A stretch of 62,984 nucleotides of DNA, counting the filler, from Octopus bimaculoides (lineage: Eukaryota): the NCBI RefSeq assembly GCF_001194135.2. It is 3 parts of 3 records of this genome, joined end to end, with 100 filler letters (N's around TTAATTAATTAA, not from the genome) between each part and the next. Parts side by side here need not be neighbours in the genome. Positions count along the whole stretch, not along the records: positions 36,248 to 62,984 come from NC_068999.1; 2 more parts are not named here. One strand, given 5' to 3'. The notes beneath the pieces are model-generated. The model saw only the letters and a program-made list of their open reading frames with translations. It made no database searches and was not told where the DNA came from. This document shows positions 51,065 through 62,984 of the stretch, piece by piece (position 1 is the stretch's first letter; each line of letters opens with the position of its first letter). The position numbers and the translations under genes were made by a program.

Positions 51065-53239
51065 CTCATACATATGCATTGATCAAGTGTATGTGTGTTC
51101 TAAGAAAATTTTTAACGTGAAAGATTTGTGGCCGGATAAAAATTTAAGTAGCAACCAAAATTTTTATATCCACTCTTTCTCTTGCAATCTTTAAATACTT
51201 GCATAAATTGAATTAATAAATATTTATTTGTGAAATTTTTATTTAATGTTTAATTATTTATATCACGAAGAATGATATTTTTTCTCGTGATTCGTACGCT
51301 TAGCTGGTAAATCGAATACTGAGCACAGTTATCGGTTATACTTCGTTGTAAACACATTCTTTCAGATTAAATCGTTGTTTTCATTTACACTTGTAGCAAG
51401 CGGTATTTTTTGCCGGTTTGTGATGTCGTATTTGTATATCTATTTCTTATTTCGTCAATGCTCTTTGTCTATGCTAAAATAAAAATATATAAAGAAACAT
51501 AAACATTGCTCACTAAATTCATAGATGGTGTGATATAAATACATTTTCCGATCGATTCTTCTCAAAAGAGAATTCCAAATAGATTAAAATAGGATAAGAT
51601 TTGATAACTGGGAATGAATAACCAAAAAAAAAAAAACCTATAGCGAAAAATAAAGAAAAACAAATGAAAGTGAGATGCAAGGGTGAGAAGAAAATGGAAT
51701 TTTGCAGAGATATAACCAATAAATAATACACGATTGATAAATGCTTAGAAGCAAAATAGCAGAGCTGATCACATAACGCGATAAAGCCGTGGCTTTGAAG
51801 CAAAGAAAAAAGTGAGCGGTCAAATTATCAATTTGGTTTTCGTTTTTTCTTTTTGTAGTGAATGATGTTTTATTGCAGCATCGAGAGAAAGTGAAAGAGA
51901 GGGAGAAGGAGAGACATTGGGCGAGAGAAAGAGAAAAAGACAGATAATATATGAGGGAGGCTATAATCAGAATGTTGTGAAAAATGTTTACGCTTAAACA
52001 TCTAAACATACAGGTCTATATTGAATGTTGTCATATCTTTTGTTTCATCATAGTATAATGTATCATACAAAATACCATGTAAGAAAAATTCTTTCTAAAT
52101 AAAAAAAAAATAATAATACACATAAATAAACATATAGGTGTCAAAGAGATGAACAGATTTGATGATGAAACTTTATTATTGATATTATTTCTGTTCTTGT
52201 TGTTGATTTAACTACACACATTTTAATTTTTTTTTTTTTTTAACTAAAACGTGGTTTAAAAAATAAGACATGTTATTGATATATATGCTATTAATTAATT
52301 AAACTTCGAAATAATCAGTGAAATCTGGAGTATAGTATTGTGGATGGTTAGACGCGAACTCATTCATATTACATTTCGTATCAAATACTTTAATCGGGGC
52401 ATAGACGAATAACAAAGCGCCATGTTCGTATTAAAAGGTCTTTTTTTACTAGAAAGGGAAAAGAAACGAATAAAAATAAATTCTAGTCTATTTTCAGCCA
52501 GGAGAAATAGTCAGACCCTTAAAAAAATTTGGGTTCCCTTAATAACACACAATGGTCATGAGTTGTTGAATGGGATGAAAATGTAGGATTATCACCCAGC
52601 CATTCACCTTTTGATACGCTTAAACGTAATTTTCTTCTGCTCTATTTTCATCTCAAATCGAGACTATGATAGTAGAGTAATCCATGAAATGAAAATTCAA
52701 AGTTAGATAAAAAGGGATTTAAACAAATGTGAATATACACAATGATAAACTTTGATTTTGGAGGTGTTTTTGTCAGGCAAATGATTTAACCTGCGTCCAT
52801 GTTCTAAAACAAAAACAAATTACTTACTGAAAGGCGCATCAATCATTCCAAAAGACATAGTGACATTGACGCTTAATTTAATCGTAACACCTGCGACGTG
52901 GGCAATAAAGCTCTTGAAGCAAACTAGTAGAACTAAATTATCTTTGTAGAATTTAACCAGAAACTAACTGTATGATAACGAATTGGCGACCTTAACCACA
53001 AATCCATAATCAAACCCATTCGTGAAATCGATACTCTTACAAGAAAATATAGAATATCTTCATGACATGGTTAGTAGATCGAGTACAGGATGCTTAACTA
53101 TTTCCAATGTCTTAATACCAAAGTGTAATTTCAGTAACCATAGAATATAACACAATTGCCCAACGTTTAAGTACAGAAATACCGTGATCGAAGCTTATCT
53201 CATGTTATACTTATGTAAATTAAAGATGTTCTGAATATT

Positions 53240-53445
53240 GGTTTCCCATTTTGGCACAAGGCCAGCATGTTCGGAGGAGGAGGTAAGTCGATTATATCGA
53301 TCCCGGTGGCACATATTTCATCGACCCCAAAAGGATGAAAGGCGAAGTACACCTCGGCGGAATTTGATCTCAGAACATATAAATAGATGAAATGCTGTGG
53401 AACATTTGGCCCGGGGTGCTAACGATTCTGTACGATGACTGCCTT
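53240..53445 (-). mobile_element. OR1-like SINE
   Basis: ggcacaaggccagc...aagtcgattatatcga...aaggatgaaaggcg...cctcggcggaatttgatctcag...gtgctaacgattctg. Confidence 0.82.
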
Positions 53446-54144
53446 ATAAAGATGTTCTAAATTTTATCAGAAATGTCATTGTTTAAAACACTGAACGTAA
53501 GCTGAACAACGACAGCTGAACAAAGATGTTGGACACTGAATATATCTCATGGAATATTGGGGCAGAGAATGTATCGTGGGAAATAAGTAGAGTAGCAATT
53601 TAGTTATATTAGAAACATTACACAAAAATAATACACCATCCATCCATCCAGCCAGCCATCTATTCGTCTATCCAACTATCTATCTATCTATCTATCTATC
53701 TATCAATCTATCTATCTATCTCTCTCTCTCTCTCTCTCTATATNNNNNNNNNNNNNNNNNNNNNNNNNNNNNNNNNNNNNNNNNNNNNNNNNNNNNNNNN
53801 NNNNNNNNNNNNNNNNNNNNNNNNNNNNNNNNNNNNNNNNNNNNNNNNNNNNNNNNNNNNNNNNNNNNNNNNNNNNNNNNNNNNNNNNNNNNNNNNNNNN
53901 NNNNNNNNNNNNNNNNNNNNNNNNNNNNNNNNNNNNNNNNNNNNNNNNNNNNNNNNNNNNNNNNNNNNNNNNNNNNNNNNNNNNNNNNNNNNNNNNNNNN
54001 NNNNNNNNNNNNNNNNNNNNNNNNNNNNNNNNNNNNNNNNNNNNNNNNNNNNNNNNNNNNNNNNNNNNNNNNNNNNNNNNNNNNNNNNNNNNNNNNNNNN
54101 NNNNNNNNNNNNNNNNNNNNNNNNNNNNNNNNNNNNNNNNNNNN

Positions 54145-54190
<46 letters not shown>

Positions 54191-55971
54191 GCAGCAGTTT
54201 CATTTTGCGTGTTGCTTGCTACTACGACATACGTTGGCTGGAAATATTGCTTTTGCTTTTAATAATAACAGTTTGATATGTTGCTATGGACTCACATCTG
54301 TCAAACCGAATCCTACTTCCTAGATTCATATCCCGTGATGCCATTCTAGATCTGACGCCAACATTTGTGTTATGTGTCTAGAAGTACAAAAACGGAGCCA
54401 TAATATATAATATATACACCACATCAATAGTAGTATAAAAGTTTCTGTATAATTATTACATACGAGAATTTTTGAAACGAAATCTTAGTTTTATGTTGTT
54501 CATATCTATTTCTAGTTCAGAAAAATCCGTAAACGTCATACAAGCTGACAATCAATGTTCGTATGTATGTATCTGAGTATGTCTGCGTGTGTAGTTGTGT
54601 AGTTTCTATGTACGTACGAATAAATATGTGGAGTTGTATTCGGAAATATATACATGTGTATACACATACACAGACACACACGCACACACACACGTATATT
54701 TATATATCCACAAACACTCACTCACACATACATGCATACAAACATACATACTAACATATATATGCACATATATTTGTAAATATGTAGACGTAAATATACG
54801 TCTTTTATACACACACACGCACACACAAACACACATACACACATATACTTAATATTTATGCACGCGTATATATAAATATTTACATAAATACATTTACGCA
54901 TGAGTATAAACGTGGGTATATGCATGTGTGTACGTGTGTATAAGGGACATTTGCAGTTAAATTTATATTTGGGCAAACTCAACGTAATCTTTGAATGGAT
55001 TTTTCCTTTGGAAATAAACTATTCTGTCTGCTGTATAGTGCTTCTGCAGTGCAAATATAATCTTAGCTTACTGTTGTTTGAACACATTTAAAATGTCAAA
55101 CAACAACGGCTCAATAATGTTATTTCAAGCATTCTTTCAATGTAATCCAAGAGTTCACTTTTATCCATTAGAGTTCAACGCTAGGCTGAATAGATGAAAT
55201 GATAAACATTATTCTTTCATATTACTGAAGCATAATGTATTAAACTGCTCCTATATATTCAATAAGGAAGTAGAAAAATATAGTATTGATTTATTTCTGT
55301 TGTTTAACACAACGCTAATTATATATGTACGTACGTATGGGTATGTATACATGTGTGCGGATCACTCGCTCTATTTTAGTATATGTGCGTATGTGTACAT
55401 AGATGTGTTTGTGCGAGCAGAAAAGAGTAGGATATATTTATTGTTAGCTCTTCTTTTATCGATCGTGGATTCGGGTTAGATTTTAAGGTTGACCTCTTGT
55501 TGGCTATGAAATCTGAAACATGAAGCACCAGTTCAAAATATTATAAATTATTCAAACGATCTCTGTGCATTCTGAGACAATCTAGCTGAGTGACGGTAGG
55601 ATGATATATTCTTAAAACAAATGCATATTTTGCGTTTTTGCTTAAAATTGGTTTACCATTTTTATGAACGATTTACTTGAAGCTCAATACTGCTAACTCA
55701 CTGTTTGCAATGGTGCTTAGTTCCATTTCGTTTAAATGAGTTACTGGCAAACAAAGAAGCATCAACATAAATTATTAATTCATGGGTGAAATATCAGATC
55801 TGCATCCTTTGTATTATGTTCACAACAAAATCTACCAATAGTAAGCAATATCAACAAAACATTCGTCATTTGCAAAGTGCTGCATACGCTTCCCGATGCA
55901 CATAATGAACTATTCTGCAGTGCATTATAAATTCTAAGGAAAACGAACATACTAATATAGACACGAATATA

Positions 55972-55972
55972 A

Positions 55973-56064
<92 letters not shown>

Positions 56065-56065
56065 C
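55972..56065. repeat. (ATCT)n microsatellite
   Basis: Directly visible. Many further (AC), (AT), (AG), (ATAC) and (AGAT) tracts flank nearly every gap and are not listed individually. Confidence 0.95.
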
Positions 56066-59000
56066 ATCTATCTGTCTGTCTCGCTCTCTGCCTACCTATA
56101 TGTGTATACATACGCGCACACACAAATGCAAGCAGACGCTCCTAGAACTTATATAGGCGCATTATAAAGCTTGCTTTCTCGACACGAGTGGCCATCTTTC
56201 TTATGTATTCAAGTTAAGCGATATCAAGTGTGTTATATTCATAGACAGAAACTTATTGAAGCTCATGGGTAGAATATCCTTATAATTGAAATGAATTGCC
56301 TTCTCACCCTGACACTGCCTGACAGTTTCTCCATTACTTGTGTATGCGGAGCGCTCAGCTTCATACCCCATAACTTAATGAGTAGGTAGTTTACGATATC
56401 GAATAACTGTATCCTCGTCGTCGAATGGGGAAGATCCACCACTACCACTATCACTATACCTAACTCCATACATTTGTTATATTTGTTCGAAAACGCGGAC
56501 ATATTGGCTTATTTCTTCATTGATGTGTACCCGTAAATTCATCCATACGTCATTGGCTACGCCTCGTCTATGCAGATGCCCAACGTGTAGAGCAGTATAA
56601 TTGTATCCTACCCACGTAATTGTATAGCTTTAAATCACTCATCATGTATAGTCATCTGTCTCTAGAAGGTGACTGTCTATGAAACATGAATCTTTTGTAG
56701 ATTTATGTGTCACATGTTGAATATCTCTGGAATAGTTAGGCCTTATTTCAATTGATATTTTACGGAAATGAGATATAAAGTAGCTCCAGCTATATGTATT
56801 TGTAGACGGTTTTTAAATACTTTCCCAAGGAGAAGTCATTTGTATAATTATTTTAAAATATCTAACTTTAAATGAAACACCAGCTATTTTATATCTCCCA
56901 GGGAGATTAATGCTGCATTAATCAAAAAGGTTTTATGTTATTAAATCGAAGTCAGTTGTAGAGATTTCGCACCTATGTAATTAAAATATTCATGCACAGG
57001 CTTCCTCATATCTATAACAAAATAAATATGCTTTAAGCATTAATGATTTAATATCAAATAAAGCAAGACTAATAATTATCGAAAACCCGAAGATGTGTGA
57101 CTAAAATATATAGAGAATATAATATTTAGATAAATAATAAAAAGATATTTGTTATACGCGTTCCCTTGTGTCTATATTGCATGCGATTTACCATTCTCTA
57201 ACAGAGAAATATACCGTTAATTATCTAGGCTAGGCGTTAATGTTGGCGCTGCATTGTTAAGCATGAATAATAGAGAAAGGACAATTTCGTACGCAGTTTG
57301 CTTCAGTGTTTCTTAAGCGGAAAGTTCTGCATTGGTTATGTTAACTTTTTCTAGTTACAGATTTATAACTCAGAAGTTATAAAAAGAAAAGCTACCCACA
57401 AAAGCAACAGTGTGACATGTTAAATGAAAAAAAAAAAAATATATATATATATAGAACTTCGATAGAGAGTTTTATACAAATGTACATACGTATAGGTATA
57501 TGTATGTAAGTGTCTCTCTCTNNNNNNNNNNNNNNNNNNNNNNNNNNNNNNNNNNNNNNNNNNNNNNNNNNNNNNNNNNNNNNNNNNNNNNNNNNNNNNN
57601 NNNNNNNNNNNNNNNNNNNNNNNNNNNNNNNNNNNNNTCTCTCTCTCTCTCTCTCTCTCTCTCTTTATATATATATATATATATACATACATACATACAT
57701 ATTGCTTAGCAGTATAAAGATTCCACAAACATCTGTTTACAAGACACGTCAAGAGACATAATGTGGGAAAAAATAAATGGAGGGAATCTAGGAAAATAAA
57801 ATAAATAAAAGATTGATGTGGAAAAGTAAAGTAAAACAAGAATAAGTATCAGAAAGAAAAAAATTGGAAGAAATAGGAGACGAAACGTGAAAGCCTGTGG
57901 ATTATTCTTTAGAAAACGTGACAGCTGGGTAAAAATAGGAAGAAATCAGCATGTACTTTCTCACTCATCACCGTCTTATATATGCAACGTTAAACACGTA
58001 GTGAATAGGAAAAAAAGTCTCGTAATAACAAACGAATTTTTCAAGAATAGGAGGTAGGTGAGTTTGGTGAATGTGAAAGAAAATTGGCAGATAAGTAATT
58101 TGTAAAGGAAGTGTATGGAATATAAATGATTGAAAATCTTTAACAAAAAATTAAGAAGAAAAAATCATAAAATTCTTCATAAGAGAAATGACATTAACAA
58201 CAGAAAATAAATATCGGCAATACTGAAGATAATTTTGAGGTGATAGTTGAGACGCTAGGAATTCCCTGACCGAAGAACCACACGTCAAATTCGTTCCATT
58301 GAAAAAGCTGTTCAAGATATATTTATGCATATCTGTACGTATTTATGTATTTATGCATGTATGTATTTATTTATACGTGAGTATATATACATATAGAGGC
58401 ATAATAAAAGATGGGGACAAACTATCCCGGGGATATGTACATGTGTGTGTGTTTGTGTGTGTTTGTGTGTGTCTACTCACACGTTACTCGTGGAAACGAA
58501 CGTAAGACAAGTTACACAAAATCATATGGTAGCGTATAAAATTTAATTTGGTTGGCTTGGAACGAATACTGAGAAATACTGACAGTTCCTTTGCGCAAAA
58601 TGGCATGAAATTATTCAGGCATCTATGATGCAAAAATTTCAAAACACACACAAACTCATTTCATATATATACATTTACACACTCACTTACACATACATAT
58701 ACACAAATGCATACATTTAGAATTGCAAAATAGAAAAGGAGAACAAAATAAATTTTAGCAGTGCCTGTTTATCCGTTTAAAACTACAGACACACTTCGGT
58801 GCAACCAACATTTTTTCGTCATAAAGGATTCTGTTTTTTGTGCATCTATGTGTATGTGGGGAAATGTCAGTGTGCTATTATACTTCGCGAGTGCGTGTGT
58901 CTGCGTGTGTTAGAATTGGAACTTGCAACATTCTGTCATGAAATCTGTATTATTCATTCTGGAAAATAGAACGTTTTGTCTTAATGTTTGAAACCGACTA

Positions 59001-59854
59001 TGAGCCAGACATGCTTTATCAGAAAGCCCCGTGTTAAGAATATTTAGGAACAAAGAATGTGAATGCTAGGAATGAAGGATCCAGCAAAACTGGAAATATA
59101 ATTTCATTTATCAAATAATTCTGCTTGATTTTAAACTTTTAATTTGCAGCATTGCTATCTAAGTGAAGTCGATCATCGACACACTTAAAACTGCACACAC
59201 ACACACTCACACGGACCCACGCAGATACGCACACATACACATAAACGCACGCAATCACGCACACACACAAACTTATATATTTAGATATATGTNNNNNNNN
59301 NNNNNNNNNNNNNNNNNNNNNNNNNNNNNNNNNNNNNNNNNNNNNNNNNNNNNNNNNNNNNNNNNNNNNNNNNNNNNNNNNNNNNNNNNNNNNNNNNNNN
59401 NNNNNNNNNNNNNNNNNNNNNNNNNNNNNNNNNNNNNNNNNNNNNNNNNNNNNNNNNNNNNNNNNNNNNNNNNNNNNNNNNNNNNNNNNNNNNNNNNNNN
59501 NNNNNNNNNNNNNNNNNNNNNNNNNNNNNNNNNNNNNNNNNNNNNNNNNNNNNNNNNNNNNNNNNNNNNNNNNNNNNNNNNNNNNNNNNNNNNNNNNNNN
59601 NNNNNNNNNNNNNNNNNNNNNNNNNNNNNNNNNNNNNNNNNNNNNNNNNNNNNNNNNNNNNNNNNNNNNNNNNNNNNNNNNNNNNNNNNNNNNNNNNNNN
59701 NNNNNNNNNNNNNNNNNNNNNNNNNNNNNNNNNNNNNNNNNNNNNNNNNNNNTATATATATATATGTGCGTATATATATATCTATATAAATATGATTGTG
59801 TATGTATATATATATATATGCATATATATGCATGCACAGGCATACACACATACA

Positions 59855-59903
<49 letters not shown>

Positions 59904-62589
59904 ACGTATGTTGCATCTACATGGATATATGCCCAAAGTTTATAAAAGAAGTGTAAACACGAAATAAGATTTTAATATAAAACTTTCAGTTTATGAGAAG
60001 CAGCTGAAAACATGCGAAATGTATATACATGTTTTACGTACCGCAAGCCAATTATGCATCTTCGATTTTAAAATTGCATCCGCTGGTTAAAATACCAAAT
60101 TTCGTTCTACATATGTTCGTGTCGAGCATATTTATGTATTACACATGTTTATATTCATATCAGTTATATATATGTGCACGATTTTGTGTCCTATTCATTT
60201 CGATCCAATAAGGCAGTAATACTTTTTAGGTTAATTTATCAAAATGTGCCTAATTTTAATATCATATTATTCTTATCTCCTCGTTTCGTTTTGCACTCAC
60301 ATTCAATGATATTTTTCACCAAATCTTACGCAAATAAATTTGTTCGTTTGTAATTGAAATTTTTAATACAATTTTCCCTTAGGCTCTATGTATAGAAGAA
60401 TACGAATCTCTTATTCCCTCTTACTATATATGCGTATGCATACCTACAGACATAAACACAGGCAAACACATACATAAACACATACACCTGCACACACATA
60501 TGGATGTATATATATAAATATATATATATTAGTACATAAAGACACACACGCACACACACACACACACACATATGGATGTATATATATAAATATATATATA
60601 TTAGTACATAAAGACACACACGCACACACACACACACACACACANNNNNNNNNNNNNNNNNNNNNNNNNNNNNNNNNNNNNNNNNNNNNNNNNNNNNNNN
60701 NNNNNNNNNNNNNNNNNNNNNNNNNNNNNNNNNNNNNNNNNNNNNNNNNNNNNNNNNNNNNNNNNNNNNNNNNNNNNNNNNNNNNNNNNNNNNNNNNNNN
60801 NNNNNNNNNNNNNNNNNNNNNNNNNNNNNNNNNNNNNNNNNNNNNNNNNNNNNNNNNNNNNNNNNNNNNNNNNNNNNNNNNNNNNNNNNNNNNNNNNNNN
60901 NNNNNNNNNNNNNNNNNNNNNNNNNNNNNNNNNNNNNNNNNNNNNNNNNNNNNNNNNNNNNNNNNNNNNNNNNNNNATATAATACACACACTCTAGCATA
61001 CACACACACAAACAAACAAACATACACATATACACTATTTTTGCATTAAGCAATGCTTGAAATATCTTCAATTTTCTGTTCACGTATAAATGTTTCTGGT
61101 CCTTAATAATTATTTGGTTATTTTAAAATGATTTTGGTAAATTCAAATTATGTAATCTAAAGATTCAACTCTAAATAAAAAAAACATTCATTGGCTTCGT
61201 GCTGCTATTTAAATAAATACGTATATATGTTTATCTATTATAATTCATAATGATTCTATGTATGCTAATCCTCAATGTCATATTTACAAGCCTATTTGAA
61301 ATTTTAAACATTTCAGACCCACAGTTAAATATATATTTAAAGAAATACATTAATATCTGTAATGGTTGTACGCTCGAGACAACACTCTGAAATATCAAAT
61401 ATACATTTGACTTGTATTATATCTACTCCATATATTTTAGAAACGTAGAAATAAACACAACAACATCCTCTGTTTTCCAAAATATATGGTAATAAAAGGA
61501 TTGCTTTTGTTTGAATTGTTATGATTTTTTTTTTTTTCCACAAGGACCTTCTTAAAACATTTCGCGGGTAGGTAACAGATAATTTAATATTATTAAGCTC
61601 GAAAGAAATAATAAAAAAAATGTTTGTTATTTGTCAAGAATCATTTAAATTGATATTCGTTTATAATTCGAAAATTGAGATTTTCTCTACTAAATTGATT
61701 CTGTATTTTCGTTATCATATATATTGGTTTTTGTACTGCTATTGAAAGGATGCCCACAGAAAAACAATAACGCTATGATTTAAAATAATGTTAGTGAAGG
61801 TCTTATATCCAGAGTTATTTTGAAGCAAACAAATGAAAGTTGTTATTTAATGGATATTTTGTTAAATTGCTGGACATGTCTGAAAATTACATTTATAGTA
61901 ATCGTGAATTGAATTATAGTGACAAAGGATTAAATAGATTTAACGAAAAAAAGTTTGTTGGTATAAAATGACCCCGAGCTATTTATGAAAATCTTATGCA
62001 TGGATTTGGGTGAAAGGCGTGCATCTAATAGTAACAAATTTGGAAGTGAAACAGGATAACCATTAGCATGTACAATGAATATGAAAAATAGAAGATGCTT
62101 CATGGCCTTTGCTGGTGTAACTGTTTTGCTTAAACCTATGTCAAGTTCGATCGAGCAAATAGAGTGTGAAATGCAATCTAGCTATGATGATAAGATTATT
62201 TAAGCCATACTCCAACTATTGTCTGTCTATATTATTGTCATTTCTTCATGGATACGATTTGATTTTCTGAAGATGTGTATAACATTTTGCATCAGATCGA
62301 TTACATAGAGACACACGCAATGGTAATGCTACTGCCGTGGTTTGCTTGTCTGGTTTGTTTGTTCGCTGTTGCTTACAAGTAACCCTCTATAAAGAACTTT
62401 GATAAGAGATATTTGAAACTTGACTACTTTCTAAAACATAAAGGGACGCAAATCAACGATGGAATGCTCAAATATGTCTGGGTGTTCCACCCACTTATTA
62501 ATAGGGCATCATAACACCCCAAATTTAAACGATATAAAAATTAAAGTATATCTGGCTCGTTTCCATTACGTCTTCAGAAATGAGATTGG

Positions 62590-62882
62590 TATCAATTTAT
62601 TCGTTCAATGGAAGCGCCGGCTCCTAAAATTTACTGGCAAATGGCTGATCAATCCACAAACATGAGTATCCTTAATGTAGTTCTCAGGGAGATAGAAGTC
62701 GAAAAATATGTAATAAGGGTGGTTCTTTTCAATTAGGCGAACACATAATTATTACTAGCTGAGTGAACTGGAGCAGCGTGAAACTAGGGCTATTACTCAA
62801 GGATACAATTCAACACCCGGAATCGAACTCACGACTTCATCATCGTGAGCGAAATACCTCTAACTATTAAGCCACATGCCTC
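62590..62882 (-). mobile_element. Degenerate OR2-like SINE
   Basis: gctgagtgaactggagc...ctcaaggatacaa...ggaatcgaactcacgac...tcgtgagc...taactattaagc parallels 1985-2103. Confidence 0.75.
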
Positions 62883-62984
62883 ATACATATACACAAAAGC
62901 ACGTTCGTAGCTAGATAGCTAGATTATACATACATATATATATATATAAATAAATATATGTATATATGCATATGTATATATATA

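Overview
About 63 kb of AT-rich, microsatellite-dense eukaryotic genomic DNA from a draft assembly. Roughly 10 kb is N gaps, and there are two artificial 100-bp spacers (44 N + TTAATTAATTAA + 44 N). The SINE types, microsatellites and TE content resemble a coleoid cephalopod, probably Octopus; this is recalled family knowledge, not a database hit. I see no intact host gene, rRNA, true tRNA or CRISPR array, and almost all long ORFs in the track are N-run or microsatellite artefacts. Bases 1-38,000 are a nest of decayed TEs: an L1/Tx1-type LINE interrupted by two DNA MITEs, RTE LINE fragments, two mariner remnants, a maT/Tc1-like remnant, a near-full Chapaev3-like transposase pseudogene, two Penelope-like GIY-YIG fragments, two R2/Hero-like 3' stubs and many tRNA-derived SINEs. 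Bases 39,000-63,000 are TE-poor and look intronic or intergenic, with a few weak candidate exons. The most interesting items are: a 722-bp TIR element with an 8-bp TSD and inverted telomeric repeats at its centre; a TIR-less internal mariner fragment spliced into an RTE RT at microhomologies; a candidate minimal hammerhead ribozyme plus a three-copy repeat with hammerhead half-motifs in reversed order; and a four-copy diverged tandem repeat that keeps one peptide motif in frame. Coordinates of decayed elements are approximate, and all family names rest on motif recognition by eye.
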